This document shows, piece by piece, positions 1-10,113 of a stretch of 64,000 bases of DNA. The notes below the pieces were generated by a model. The model was not told where the DNA came from, did not search any database, and saw only the letters and a program-made list of their open reading frames with translations. A program made the translations under genes and the position numbers. The stretch is from Candidatus Latescibacterota bacterium (lineage in GTDB: Bacteria; Latescibacterota; UBA2968; UBA8231), in assembly GCA_963422735.1 (NCBI GenBank), contig OY730476.1:1056001-1120000 (forward strand), read 5' to 3'. The stretch's first letter is position 1. Each line of letters opens with the position of its first letter.

Positions 1-61
1 CGACGGTATGATGCACTTGGGCTAAGGGGCCGGTTCGGGGAACGGACAAGCGCACCTGCTC

Positions 62-1204
62 TTAGGACCGAAAGGCCTTGCGCATTTTGGCGAAGAAGCT
101 CTCGCCCTCTTTGGCGACGCGCGCTTGTTCGAGCTGGGCTAGCTCGGTGAAAAGTTCGCGCTCTCGTCGGCTGAGGCCCTCGGGAGTCCACAAAACGACC
201 TCGACTAGCTGGTCGCCGACGCCGCGGCCGTTGACGTCTGGGATGCCCCGGCCGCCCATGCGGAAGACGCGCCCGGATTGAGTGCCAGCGGGTATCTTCA
301 ACATGGCCTTGCCGGACAAGGTCGGGACTTCTACTTCTGCGCCTAGTGCGGCTTGGCCAAAACCCAAGGGCAATTGGTAGATCACGTGGCTCCCATCGCG
401 GGTGAAATAGTCGTGTTCTTTTTCCTCTATAAAGACCAAGCAATCCCCGGCCGGCCCACCACGCGGCCCGACTTCGCCTTGGCCGCGCAATGGAATGTAG
501 TTGCCCTCTTGAACGCCGGCGGGAATCCGCACCGTCAGGGTCGTTTGGCCGCGCTCGCGGCCCTCGCCCCGGCACTCTGGACAGGGATTGGACACAATGT
601 GGCCCTCCCCTTCGCAGGACGGACACGTCACTACAGTCATTGACGGCCCGAAGAGAGTGCGCGCCATCTGCTGCACTTGGCCCCGCCCGCCGCAAGTGCT
701 ACAGGCCTTGCGGCCTGCTCCATTGGCCGCGCCGGACCCCTCGCAGCTTTTGCAGCGCTGCAAGCGCGTCAGCGCGATGTTCTTTTCTACGCCCGTGGTG
801 ATCTCCTCTAGGGTCAAGGCCACTTTGATCTTCAAGTCGCGACCTTTTGTCTTCATCGACCCCCCTCGCGACCGCCGACCGCCGCCGAAGAAACTCTCGA
901 AAATATCGCCGAAAATGTCTTGAAAATCACTAGCGTGCGAAAAGTCCGACCACTGAAAGCCACCGCTGCTGAAATTGCCCTCAATGCCGGCGTGGCCATA
1001 GCGATCGTACGCAGCCTTTTTCTCTGGCTCCGAAAGCACCTCGTATGCTTCGGATGCCTCCTTGAATTGCTCCTCGGCCGCTGCGTCTCCGGGATTGCGA
1101 TCAGGATGGTACTTCAGTGCCTTCTTGCGGTAGGCCCCTTTGATCGCGCTTTCGCTGGCGTCCCGCTCGACGCCCAGCACCTCGTAGTAGTCCCTTTTGG
1201 ACAT
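62..1204 (-). CDS. dnaJ: Chaperone DnaJ
   Basis: J-domain with HPD motif, G/F-rich region, four CxxCxGxG zinc-finger repeats, C-terminal substrate-binding domain. Confidence 0.98.
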   Translation of the reverse strand: MSKRDYYEVLGVERDASESAIKGAYRKKALKYHPDRNPGDAAAEEQFKEASEAYEVLSEPEKKAAYDRYGHAGIEGNFSSGGFQWSDFSHASDFQDIFGDIFESFFGGGRRSRGGSMKTKGRDLKIKVALTLEEITTGVEKNIALTRLQRCKSCEGSGAANGAGRKACSTCGGRGQVQQMARTLFGPSMTVVTCPSCEGEGHIVSNPCPECRGEGRERGQTTLTVRIPAGVQEGNYIPLRGQGEVGPRGGPAGDCLVFIEEKEHDYFTRDGSHVIYQLPLGFGQAALGAEVEVPTLSGKAMLKIPAGTQSGRVFRMGGRGIPDVNGRGVGDQLVEVVLWTPEGLSRRERELFTELAQLEQARVAKEGESFFAKMRKAFRS

Positions 1205-1212
1205 TCGATTCC

Positions 1213-1863
1213 TCAGTTCTCCGCGCTCGTCTTGCTGACGACGACGCGTGCGTAACGGACCACCTTGTCGTTGAGTTTGTAGCCCTTCTCCATCTCCTCA
1301 ATGACCGTACCCGGGGTGTGCTCGTCGTCCGGGACTTCAGCCAAGGCCTCGTGGACTTCGGGGTCAAAAGGCTGTCCTATCGCCTCGATCTCGGCTAGCC
1401 CATAGCCTTTGAGAACGTCATTGAATTGGCCGCAGATCAACTCGACGCCCTGCTTGAGTAAATCGGCTTCTTGGGTCTCCTGACGGAGGGCGCGGCGCAA
1501 GTTGTCCAAGATGGGCGCGACTTGCAACAAGACATCGCGCAAGGTCTCATCCCGCGCTTCCGCGCGCATCCGCACCGTGCGCTTGCGATAGTTATCCAAC
1601 TCGGCGACCGCTCGCACATAGCGGTCGTAATTGGCCGCCGCCTCGGCGCGAGCAGCCTCGAGTTCGGCCAGCCTCTCGGCCGCAGGCTCTGCCGTTTCTT
1701 CTTCCTGCGGCTCCGCTACTTCTCCCTGCGACTCTGCCGTTTCTTCTTCCTGCGGCTCCGCTACTTCTTCGCATGACTCCGCCGCTTCCGCCTGAGGCTC
1801 GACCACACCCTCCGCGCTCCCCTCGTCCACTGCGACGCGGTCCTGAGTTTCGCTCTCGCTCAT
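1213..1863 (-). CDS. grpE: Nucleotide exchange factor GrpE with acidic repetitive N-terminal extension
   Basis: AELDNYRKR, FDPEVHEA and KGYKLNDKVVRYARVVV motifs; lies between hrcA and dnaJ. Confidence 0.97.
   Translation of the reverse strand: MSESETQDRVAVDEGSAEGVVEPQAEAAESCEEVAEPQEEETAESQGEVAEPQEEETAEPAAERLAELEAARAEAAANYDRYVRAVAELDNYRKRTVRMRAEARDETLRDVLLQVAPILDNLRRALRQETQEADLLKQGVELICGQFNDVLKGYGLAEIEAIGQPFDPEVHEALAEVPDDEHTPGTVIEEMEKGYKLNDKVVRYARVVVSKTSAEN
1687..1768. repeat. 45-bp-period in-frame duplication in grpE (EVAEPQEEETAE x2)
   Basis: ctctgccgtttcttcttcctgcggctccgctacttct is identical at 1687-1723 and 1732-1768. Confidence 0.9.
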
Positions 1864-1903
1864 CGACGCTCCTTACTGTGAATTAGATTGGGACAAAAAC
1901 TCG

Positions 1904-2938
1904 TTAGCAGACCAGATTCGCCGCTCGGGAGGCCGCGCAATTGACCAAGTTCACCAAAGACTTGTAGGGCATGCGCGTCGGGCCGATCACGCCGATCACG
2001 CCAACCACGCCTTTGGCCCCGGGGACCTCGTAGCTAGCCGTCACCATGCTGCACCGCCCCATCGCCCGCGGCCGGTGCTCGGAGCCAATGGTGATGACCA
2101 CGCCGCGCCGCTCGCTCATAAGCCGGGCGAGGGTGTCCTTTTTCTCTACCAAATCGACCAAACCAGCCACTTGACTAGGATCGTCAAATTCGGGCTTTAG
2201 GCAAAGATTGCGGGTCCCCGAGACGTGGAGATCGGCACCGCGGGTAGTGGCCAAGCCTTCGATCTGCCGCACGACGGCCTCCACAACCTGCCGTGAGACC
2301 GCCCCTAAATCGGCCATTCGCTCCTCGACTGCGTTTTGGATTTCAGCCATCGTCAACCCGTGCAAGCGCTCGTTAAAAAGCCGGCTCAGCACCTCTACGT
2401 CGCGCCGCGACACTGCACAACTTACTTCGACCATCAAGCTCTTTGTCAGGCCCCCACGGATTGTGACGACGAGTAACAGGCGACGCGCCCCCAAGTGCCA
2501 AAGCTCCAGCTTGTGAAAGATGCCCTGATTGAAGCGCGGAGCCAAAACCAACCCGAGTTGGTTCGACAGATCGCCGATGGTCCGCGCTAGTTGATGCAGG
2601 ATCTCCTCGTAATTACCCTCCTGTTGTGCGGCCTCCATCTGCTGCCGCAGGGCGATCCCGACTGAGTCCGAGCCATCGTTTGCTGCCGCCATGCAGCGCT
2701 GCACGTAGAATCGGTAGCCCTTTTCAGAGGGAATGCGGCCCGCCGAAACATGGGGCTGAGATACGTAGCCCTTTTCCTCTAGGCAGGACAAGGTGTTGCG
2801 TATGGTAGCCGAACTGACGTCCAGATCCTTGTGCTGGCTCAACGTCTGCGAGCCGACCGGGACGCCGAGGGCAACGTGGACTTTGACCAAAGCAAGGAGA
2901 ACTTGAATTTCGCGTTTGGACAGCGGGCTAGTGGCCAT
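1904..2938 (-). CDS. hrcA: Heat-inducible transcriptional repressor HrcA
   Basis: PVGSQTL, SSATIRN, QPHVSAGRIPSEKGYRFYV and GVIGPTRMPY motifs; start placed at ATG 2938 (MATSPLSKRE). Confidence 0.95.
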   Translation of the reverse strand: MATSPLSKREIQVLLALVKVHVALGVPVGSQTLSQHKDLDVSSATIRNTLSCLEEKGYVSQPHVSAGRIPSEKGYRFYVQRCMAAANDGSDSVGIALRQQMEAAQQEGNYEEILHQLARTIGDLSNQLGLVLAPRFNQGIFHKLELWHLGARRLLLVVTIRGGLTKSLMVEVSCAVSRRDVEVLSRLFNERLHGLTMAEIQNAVEERMADLGAVSRQVVEAVVRQIEGLATTRGADLHVSGTRNLCLKPEFDDPSQVAGLVDLVEKKDTLARLMSERRGVVITIGSEHRPRAMGRCSMVTASYEVPGAKGVVGVIGVIGPTRMPYKSLVNLVNCAASRAANLVC

Positions 2939-2994
2939 GGCCGGAAAGCATCTCCAGCGGCATAAACGCCAGATAAATACTGAGGTTTCGAGAA

Positions 2995-3022
2995 ATAATA
3001 AAGGCCGCCGAGTGCTTGTCAA
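2995..3022 (-). promoter_or_regulatory. Sigma70-type promoter for hrcA with a CIRCE half-site in the spacer
   Basis: Minus strand TTGACA-agcactcggcggcctt (16 bp)-TATTAT; AGCACTC matches the left arm of CIRCE. Confidence 0.6.
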
Positions 3023-3041
3023 GGCTCGCCTACCAGCTTGC

Positions 3042-3070
3042 TTGACAGCCAATTTACAGGATCGTACTAT
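3042..3070 (+). promoter_or_regulatory. Sigma70-type promoter for glnA
   Basis: TTGACA (3042-3047), 17-bp spacer, TACTAT (3065-3070), upstream of the glnA ATG. Confidence 0.7.
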
Positions 3071-3133
3071 TAAATCTTTATTTTTCTTTCAAACCACCCT
3101 AAAGCATTGTTCGACGCGCGAAAGGAATTGCTC

Positions 3134-4615
3134 ATGGCCAAATCCAAAGCTAAAGCTAAAGCCAAGACTCAAACGAAAGCCAAAACGAAGTCATCTCGTC
3201 TCAGTGCGGTCGAGTCTGCCCTGGCCTTAGCAGGCACTCACCAAGCGCAGATGGTCGATTTCAAGTTCGTCGATCTGCCCGGCACGTGGCAGCACTTCAC
3301 CATGCCGGCTGCCCGCCTCGAACCCGACCTGTTCGACGACGGCCTCGGCTTCGACGGCTCCTCCATTCGCGGCTGGCAGGAGATCAACGAATCCGACATG
3401 CTCGTCCTGCCCGATCCAACCACCGCCGTGATGGATCCGTTCACCGAGGTGCCGACCCTGTCGCTGATCTGCTCGATTGAAGACCCCATCACCCGCCAGC
3501 CCTATGGGCGCGATCCCCGGGGCGTAGCCCAACGCGCCCAAGCCTACTTGCTGCGCACCCAGCTTGCCGACACGGCCTTCTTCGGCCCCGAAGCCGAGTT
3601 TTTCGTCTTCGACAACATCCAGTTCGACCAGCAAGCCCACCAAGCCTTCTATGCGATTGACTCGACGGAAGGCCGCTGGAACAGCGGCACCGACGAAGGC
3701 CCCAACCTCGGCTACAAGCCCGACTACAAGGGCGGCTACTTCCCCGTGCCGCCGACCGACTCCCAGCAAGACCTCCGCACAAAGATGGTGCAGACGATGA
3801 TCGCCTGCGGCATCGACGTGGAGATTCACCACCACGAGGTGGGCACGGCCGGCCAAGGCGAAATCGACATCCGCTTTTGCCCTCTGCTTGTTTGCGGCGA
3901 CCGGATGATGCTGTATAAGTACATCGTCAAGAATGTGGCGCGTCAGCACGGCAAGACGGCTACGTTCATGCCCAAGCCGCTGTTTGAGGACAACGGCACG
4001 GGCATGCACACCCACCAGAGCCTGTGGCAGGGTGATCAGCCGCTGTTTGCCGGCAGTGGCTACGCCGGTCTCAGCCCGATGGCACTGCACTACATCGGCG
4101 GGCTGTTGCACCACGCGCCGGCGCTGTTGGCTTTTACCAATCCGACGACCAACTCCTACAAGCGGCTGGTGCCAGGCTACGAAGCCCCGGTCAACTTGGC
4201 CTATTCGCAGCGCAACCGCAGTGCGTCGGTGCGCATTCCGATGTATTCACCTTCACCCAAGAGCAAGCGGGTGGAGTTTCGTTGTCCCGATCCGTCGTGC
4301 AACATCTACTTGGCGCTGTCGGCGATGCTGATGGCGGGGTTGGACGGCATTGAGCAGCAGCTGGATCCGGGGGCCCCACTGGACAAGAATCTGTATGATC
4401 TGTCGGCTGAGGAGCGGGCTGGGGTGCCGCAGACGGCGGGGTCGTTGGAGGCGTCGTTGGAGCACTTGGAGCAGGACCGAGACTTCCTGTTGCAGGGCGA
4501 TGTGTTCTCCGACGACCTGATCGACGCCTGGATCGACTACAAGCGCACCCAAGAAATCGACGCCATAAGACTCAGACCCCATCCCTATGAGTTCGCCCTA
4601 TACTACGACGTGTAA
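3134..4615 (+). CDS. glnA: Glutamine synthetase type I
   Basis: [49 protein letters not shown], adenylylation-site-like KNLYDL; start ATG 3134. Confidence 0.97.
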   Translation: MAKSKAKAKAKTQTKAKTKSSRLSAVESALALAGTHQAQMVDFKFVDLPGTWQHFTMPAARLEPDLFDDGLGFDGSSIRGWQEINESDMLVLPDPTTAVMDPFTEVPTLSLICSIEDPITRQPYGRDPRGVAQRAQAYLLRTQLADTAFFGPEAEFFVFDNIQFDQQAHQAFYAIDSTEGRWNSGTDEGPNLGYKPDYKGGYFPVPPTDSQQDLRTKMVQTMIACGIDVEIHHHEVGTAGQGEIDIRFCPLLVCGDRMMLYKYIVKNVARQHGKTATFMPKPLFEDNGTGMHTHQSLWQGDQPLFAGSGYAGLSPMALHYIGGLLHHAPALLAFTNPTTNSYKRLVPGYEAPVNLAYSQRNRSASVRIPMYSPSPKSKRVEFRCPDPSCNIYLALSAMLMAGLDGIEQQLDPGAPLDKNLYDLSAEERAGVPQTAGSLEASLEHLEQDRDFLLQGDVFSDDLIDAWIDYKRTQEIDAIRLRPHPYEFALYYDV

Positions 4616-4640
4616 ACAAATACTGACTACGGGCGCTTAC

Positions 4641-4679
4641 AGCAGGGGAAGATTTCCACTCGGGGAATCTTCCCCTGCT
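4641..4679. terminator. Strong hairpin between glnA and hemC
   Basis: Inverted repeat agcaggggaagatt...aatcttcccctgct; no clear U-tract. Confidence 0.6.
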
Positions 4680-4705
4680 CTATATACACCCTACGGCCAC
4701 ACCCC

Positions 4706-5611
4706 GTGAAACTCGTCATCGGCAGCCGCGGCAGCCAACTCGCCCTAGTCCAAGCCCACGAGGTCCGCAACCGCTTGCTAGCGTTGCAAGACGAGCTGGA
4801 CATTGAGGTCTCGATCATCCGCACCACCGGCGACGCGACGACGGGTTCGCTGCATCGCTTGGGGGGCGCGGGTGCTTTTACCAAGGCCCTCGAATGCGCC
4901 CTGCTGGACGCGCACATTGACCTAGCGGTCCACAGCCTGAAAGACCTGCCGACCCAGATGGACCCCGGCCTCACCCTCGTCGCCACGCCCGAGCGCGAAG
5001 ATGTGCGCGATGCCCTCGTCGGCCCCGGCATATCCTCGCTAGCTGACTTGCCGGATGGCGCGCGGGTGGGCACGGGCAGCCTGCGCCGCCGCGCCCAACT
5101 CAAAGCCCTGCGGCCCGACCTGAACATTCTAGATATCCGCGGCAACTTAGACACCCGTATCGACAAGGCCATACGCGGCGAGTGCGATGCCGTCGTCTTG
5201 GCCGTTGCCGGACTCAACCGCCTCGGCTGGCAAGAGCGCATCGGCTGCCACCTGCCCCTCCATCAGGTTCTGCCCGCGCCCGGCCAAGGCGCTTTAGGGC
5301 TGCAAATGCGCACCGATCACCCCGCGTGCGCCACTGTCGCAGCTCTCAACCACGCCCCAACCCTAGCCGCGGTCCAAGCCGAGCGCCACCTACTGCACAC
5401 TCTGCGCGCCGGGTGCCACGCGCCCGTCGGCGCTTGGGGCCACATCGAGGGCGACATCCTCGCCCTCGACGGCTTGGTGGGCCATCCCGAAGGCACCCAG
5501 TTGCTGCGCGCTGAACAGCGCGCACCCCGTGCCCGTGCCGAATTCCTAGGCGCATCCCTTGCAGACGCCCTGCGTGCCCAAGGAGCCGATGCCCTCTTGC
5601 AGGTGCCCTGA
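4706..5611 (+). CDS. hemC: Porphobilinogen deaminase
   Basis: GSRGSQLALVQA, DLAVHSLKDLP, GTGSLRRRAQL, IRGNLDTR, LPAPGQGALG, GCHAPVG. Confidence 0.97.
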   Translation: MKLVIGSRGSQLALVQAHEVRNRLLALQDELDIEVSIIRTTGDATTGSLHRLGGAGAFTKALECALLDAHIDLAVHSLKDLPTQMDPGLTLVATPEREDVRDALVGPGISSLADLPDGARVGTGSLRRRAQLKALRPDLNILDIRGNLDTRIDKAIRGECDAVVLAVAGLNRLGWQERIGCHLPLHQVLPAPGQGALGLQMRTDHPACATVAALNHAPTLAAVQAERHLLHTLRAGCHAPVGAWGHIEGDILALDGLVGHPEGTQLLRAEQRAPRARAEFLGASLADALRAQGADALLQVP

Positions 5612-7140
5612 TGTCCGCTGAATACGCCACCCCAGGCACTGTGTACATCGTTGGGGCTGGCCCCGGCGACCCCGGCCTGCTGACCCTCAAGGGCCTGCGC
5701 TACCTACGCGAGGCCAACGTCGTCCTCTACGACGACCTCCTCGACAGCCGCTTGCTCAACCTAGTGCCCAACACATGTGAGCAAATCGCGGTCGGCAAAC
5801 GCGGCGGTCGCAAAAGCCCCTCCCAAGGCGCGATCCATGCGCTCCTCGTCGATCATGCCCGCCAAGGCCATGTCGTCGTCCGCCTCAAAGGCGGCGATCC
5901 CTTCATCTTCGGCCGCGGCGGCGAAGAGGCTCTGCATCTGCGCCGGGCCGGCATCCCCTTTGAAATCGTCTCCGGCGTCTCCGCGGCCTCTGGCGTCTTG
6001 GCCTACGCGGGCATTCCCCTAACTCACCGCGGCATTGCCTCGGCCGCACTGCTGGTCACTGGCAACGAGGATCCGGCCAAGCCCGACGCGGCCATCGACT
6101 GGGATCAGCTAGCGGCCTTTGACGGCACCCTCGTCATCTTCATGGCCGTCCACAAGCTCGCCAGTATATGCCAGCATCTCATCGCTCGGGGCCGGCCAGC
6201 CCCGACACCGGCCGCAGCTATCGAATGGGGAACTTGGCCCGATCAGCGCACGGTCGTCGCCGACCTCCAACACCTGCCGGCCCAAGCTGTTGCCCGGCAA
6301 ATCCGCTCGCCGGCCCTCATCGCAATCGGCCCAGTCGTCGCGCTGCGACAAGACCTCAACTGGTTTGAGAGCAAACCGCTCTTTGGCCGCCGCCTGCTCG
6401 TCACCCGCAGCCGCGAACAGGCCGGTCCCCTCCAGCACCGCCTCGAAGCCGAAGGGGCGGCCGTATCGACGCTGCCCCTCCTGCACATCGGCCCGCCCGA
6501 CGACTGGACGGCTGTGGATGCGGCCCAAGACCGGCTCGGGGACGCTGCTTGGGTCGTCTTTACTAGCCCCAACAGCGTGGCCTTTTTTTGTGACCGGCTC
6601 TACCAGCGCGGCCTCGACGCCCGGGCCTTTGCTCACACTCGCATAGCGGCCGTCGGCTTGGCTACGGCCGCGGCACTGCGCCAACAGGGCTTAGTCGCCG
6701 ACCTCGTGCCCCCGAGCCAATCGCAGGCCGCGCTAGCGAGGGCCTTCTCCGCATTCGATGTGGCCGGCCAACCGATCCTCTTGCCGGCCTCTTCCATTGG
6801 GCGCACCGAACTCGCCGATACGCTCGCGGCACGGGGTGCCCAAGTTCACCACCTAACGACGTACATAAATCGCCTGCCGGACCAAGTCGAGCTCCCCGCC
6901 GTGCTAGCCGAGAACAAACTCGATCTCATCGTCTTTGCCAGTCCCTCCAGCGTCCACAATTTTCATCAGGTCCTAGGGTCAGAACGCGCGGAGGCCGTTT
7001 TAGCCCACACCCACATCGCCTGCATTGGCCCGACCACAGCCGCGGCCGTGCGCCAGCTCGGGTTTGCCGTTCACGTGCAGCCCAGCGAAAGCAGTATCCC
7101 CGCCCTCGTCCAATCCATCGTCGCTTTCTACGCCCCGTGA
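5611..7140 (+). CDS. cobA: Uroporphyrinogen-III C-methyltransferase / uroporphyrinogen-III synthase fusion (CobA-HemD)
   Basis: VGAGPGDPGLLT and RLKGGDPFIFGRGGEE, then a HemD domain (LVTRSREQA, FTSPNSV, FASPSSV, CIGPTTA). Confidence 0.95.
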   Translation: MSAEYATPGTVYIVGAGPGDPGLLTLKGLRYLREANVVLYDDLLDSRLLNLVPNTCEQIAVGKRGGRKSPSQGAIHALLVDHARQGHVVVRLKGGDPFIFGRGGEEALHLRRAGIPFEIVSGVSAASGVLAYAGIPLTHRGIASAALLVTGNEDPAKPDAAIDWDQLAAFDGTLVIFMAVHKLASICQHLIARGRPAPTPAAAIEWGTWPDQRTVVADLQHLPAQAVARQIRSPALIAIGPVVALRQDLNWFESKPLFGRRLLVTRSREQAGPLQHRLEAEGAAVSTLPLLHIGPPDDWTAVDAAQDRLGDAAWVVFTSPNSVAFFCDRLYQRGLDARAFAHTRIAAVGLATAAALRQQGLVADLVPPSQSQAALARAFSAFDVAGQPILLPASSIGRTELADTLAARGAQVHHLTTYINRLPDQVELPAVLAENKLDLIVFASPSSVHNFHQVLGSERAEAVLAHTHIACIGPTTAAAVRQLGFAVHVQPSESSIPALVQSIVAFYAP

Positions 7141-8150
7141 AGACCTACCCAGCCGGCAAGCTACCCCCCGCTGAACTAGGCCGTCTGCTCGAAGCCTATA
7201 CTCACCGCCACGAACGCCTGCTCGTACCGCCGGCCGTGGGCGAGGACTCGGCGGTCATCGACTGCGGCGACCGCTTGCTAGTGGCCAAAACCGACCCCAT
7301 CACTTTCGCCAGCGACGAGATTGGCTGGTACGCGGTCCACGTCAATGCCAACGATATTGCCGCCATGGGAGCGACGCCCCGCTTCTTCCTCAGCACCATC
7401 CTCCTCCCCGAGGGGCATGCCACGCCCGAGCTTGCGGAATCCATTTTCCGCTCCATCCACCAAGCTGCCGGGGGCTTGGGCATCGCCGTCTGCGGCGGCC
7501 ACACGGAGGTGACCTACGGGATCGACCGCCCCTTAGTCATCGGCCAGATGCTCGGGGAAACCACGCCCGACCGCTTGGTGCGCTCTTCGGACTTGCAGCC
7601 CGGCCACGCCCTACTCCTGACTAAGGGCTTGGGCATTGAAGCCACCGCCATCATCGCCCGCGAAAAACGCGCACAACTGCGCGATCTCGGCTGTACGCCC
7701 GCCTTTTTGGACGCCTGCGCCGACTTTCTTCACACCCCTGGCATCAGCGTCGTGCGCGATGCTCAAGTCGCCGTCCAAGCCGGACAAGTCACCTCCATGC
7801 ACGACCCAACCGAAGGTGGGGTCGCCACGGGCCTGTGGGAATTGGCCACCGCATCTGCTGTGGGTGCCGAAATCGACTCCCACGCGCTGCCCATCGATCC
7901 GGCCACAGCACACCTCTGTGCGGCCTTTGAACTCGATCCTCTCGGAGTGATTTCCTCGGGTGCGCTGCTGATCGGCTGCGCGGCCGATTCCGCCGACGCC
8001 ATACTCACGGCCCTGCACGACGCCAACATAGCCGTAGCCCGCATCGGCACGGTGCGGCCATCTTCCTTCGGGCTTCAGCTACGCCGCGACGGCCATCTGA
8101 CGCCATTGCCCACTTTTCCGGTGGACGAAATCGCACGCCTCTTTATCTAA
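7137..8150 (+). CDS. AIR synthase-related (HypE/PurM-like) protein
   Basis: GKLPP, VGEDSAVID, KTDPIT, NANDIAAMGA, GGHTEVT, MHDPTEGG. Confidence 0.85.
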   Translation: MKTYPAGKLPPAELGRLLEAYTHRHERLLVPPAVGEDSAVIDCGDRLLVAKTDPITFASDEIGWYAVHVNANDIAAMGATPRFFLSTILLPEGHATPELAESIFRSIHQAAGGLGIAVCGGHTEVTYGIDRPLVIGQMLGETTPDRLVRSSDLQPGHALLLTKGLGIEATAIIAREKRAQLRDLGCTPAFLDACADFLHTPGISVVRDAQVAVQAGQVTSMHDPTEGGVATGLWELATASAVGAEIDSHALPIDPATAHLCAAFELDPLGVISSGALLIGCAADSADAILTALHDANIAVARIGTVRPSSFGLQLRRDGHLTPLPTFPVDEIARLFI

Positions 8151-8196
8151 GAAGCTGTCTGGAAATTCCGGGTGTGTCCCGAGCACGGGTGCAAAC

Positions 8197-8490
8197 GTGG
8201 CGAACAAGGCGGGTAAAGCCACCTATATTTCGGTGACGGCCCCTTGCCGACGAAGCTCGCGCTGGGGCATCGAGGTCTTCGTCCACAATGGCCACGGCGG
8301 CCCGGCCGGTTGGCACCGCGCAGGAACCGTGGACATCGCCATGCACGAGGAGGTCTGGGAGGATCGGGTTTTCGATGTCGTCGATCTCGGCACCGTGCCC
8401 AACGACCGGGAGATTCTCGTCGACGAGGATGGCTGCTGCTGGAGCAGGGACGCTGGTACCACGTCGCCGCCCCGTTCGTTTCGCACGTAA
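8197..8490 (+). CDS. Hypothetical protein or gene fragment
   Basis: Open frame only; no family recognised. Confidence 0.25.
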   Translation: MANKAGKATYISVTAPCRRSSRWGIEVFVHNGHGGPAGWHRAGTVDIAMHEEVWEDRVFDVVDLGTVPNDREILVDEDGCCWSRDAGTTSPPRSFRT

Positions 8491-8601
8491 TAGTTTTCTA
8501 GAACCGCACTAATAAGGGAGGGCTACCCGATGCCTCCATCCGGCAGGGCGTGATCTGTCTGGGCGGGGACGGGTAGCGTATCGCGGTCCGGGGTAAAGCT
8601 G

Positions 8602-8920
8602 GTGCAACAGCGGTTGACCGATCGCTGGCAGCCTTGGGGGTTAAGGGCGCGCTGCCGGACGACCTCGAGACGCCTCAGCTCCTCCACGCCTTTGGCCCCG
8701 ACGCGTATCGCTTATGCACCGGAACTAGGTCTGTTCGATCCGGCCACCGATCTGGGCGACGAGGTGAGTGCCGGCGATCTGTGCGGCCAGGTCCTGTTTC
8801 CGGAGAATCCTTCGCGCCCCCGGGCCCGTCACTTTTCGAGGCGAGGGTACGGGGGTCTGCAAACGGCACCTGGGCAGGGTGGAAGCCGGAGACTGCGTCG
8901 CCCACCTAGCAGCCCCTGTA
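8602..8920 (+). pseudogene. C-terminal remnant of a succinylglutamate desuccinylase/aspartoacylase-family gene
   Basis: Pieces in two frames (GVKGALPDD..., YAPELGLFDPATDLGDEVSAGDLCGQVLFPENP) resemble the AstE/AspA barrel-sandwich tail. Confidence 0.5.
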
Positions 8921-9025
8921 AGCGACTGACCATCTCCCGCCAACCCTTCACTCTATAGTGTCAGGTCTGGAGCACCATCTCGTGGATGTTTTTGCCCGCG
9001 AATAGATAAAGACGGTCCTCCGCGC

Positions 9026-9070
9026 GTCAGGGACTTGGTGGGGCAGCACGTCGCCCAACACCGCCCTGAC
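9026..9070. terminator. Bulged hairpin downstream of the SIMPL gene
   Basis: gtcaggg..ggtg.gggc...gccc..cacc.ccctgac. Confidence 0.4.
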
Positions 9071-9080
9071 CCCCTAAACC

Positions 9081-9815
9081 TCACTCAATTTCATACACCA
9101 CAGTGACATGCACGGTGACAGTGAGGGCACCTGGGACAATGGGAGTGGAAGTACGCGCACCTTCAGCGAAGGCGGCTTCTGTGGTCAGGATTGGCGGACC
9201 TGCGAAATAGCTACTTTCAGTGATAGTAACAGGTTCCCCTAGCCTTACACCACTTGCTGCCGCTAAAGTTTGTGCTTTCGCTTCAGCATTCTTTACCGCC
9301 AAACTACGTGCTTGGGTTTGTAATGGTGTGGTATCATCAATCATAAATTGAATAGAGTTAATAACGATGCTATTCCCTCCCGCTTCGGCGGCACCATCTA
9401 TGACATCACTGAGGGTCCCCAATTCTCGGATCTTCGCCCGAACGGTGTTGTTTACTCTGTAACCACGAAGTATGCGTCCGTTTCCTATATAGTCGTACTG
9501 GGGATAGATACTGAAATTCTCAGTTTTAATGTCTTTTTCAGCAACGTTGTTCGCTTTCAGAGAATTTATTAACGCTGTCATCGCACTCGCAGCTTCTTCA
9601 CGTGCCTCTGCGACTGTCTCTTTCTCAACAGACACACCTACATCGAGCGTTGCAATATCTGGTTCACCAGTAACTGAACCGCTCCCGGTTACATGGATAG
9701 TTCTGTCAATTGCTGAGGACGATAATACCTCCGAGGCAACATTCAAATCACAGGCAGTGAGTGTTAAAGTCAGCAATGTGCCGATCGCTAGAAAACAATA
9801 ATTACATCTTTTCAT
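9081..9815 (-). CDS. SIMPL (DUF541/BP26) domain protein, probable lipoprotein
   Basis: TIHVTGSGSV..PDIATLDVGV, DIKTENFSIYPQY, AVKNAEAKAQTLAAASGVRLG; lipobox LTAC; GGAGG before ATG 9815; AT-richer than its flanks. Confidence 0.9.
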   Translation of the reverse strand: MKRCNYCFLAIGTLLTLTLTACDLNVASEVLSSSAIDRTIHVTGSGSVTGEPDIATLDVGVSVEKETVAEAREEAASAMTALINSLKANNVAEKDIKTENFSIYPQYDYIGNGRILRGYRVNNTVRAKIRELGTLSDVIDGAAEAGGNSIVINSIQFMIDDTTPLQTQARSLAVKNAEAKAQTLAAASGVRLGEPVTITESSYFAGPPILTTEAAFAEGARTSTPIVPGALTVTVHVTVVYEIE

Positions 9816-9900
9816 TTTTCCTCCTATAAATCTCGACGAAAGCAGGCCTGGCCTCCAGTGGGCCGGCCGAGTCGGCCGCAGACGCCACGCAAAGGCCATC

Positions 9901-10014
9901 CCCAGCAGGGCCAACGCCTGAACCAAGAGCGCCGCAACGCACAGCCAAGCCGCTCCAAAGACACCTACGCCGCTTGACATGCTCCCTAAAAGACCCTTTA
10001 TAATTCTTATACAA
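9901..10014 (+). repeat. Dispersed promoter-bearing repeat, copy A
   Basis: Aligns with 11988-12099; ends TTGACA-19 bp-TATAAT. Confidence 0.8.
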
Positions 10015-10113
10015 TTCCGGGAGTTGCTGCAAGCTTTCGCGAATTAGAATCCGACTACTTTTATAGAAACCGCTTCGACGACAATGTTCCGCGCCTGGCG
10101 CACGAAGTGACCT

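Noticed and set aside
8159-8170. Further copies of the MITE right end (ctggaaattccg here, ctaggaaattcg at 62051)
   Set aside because: Short partial matches with no element body or partner end; the 62051 match lies inside an intact CDS.
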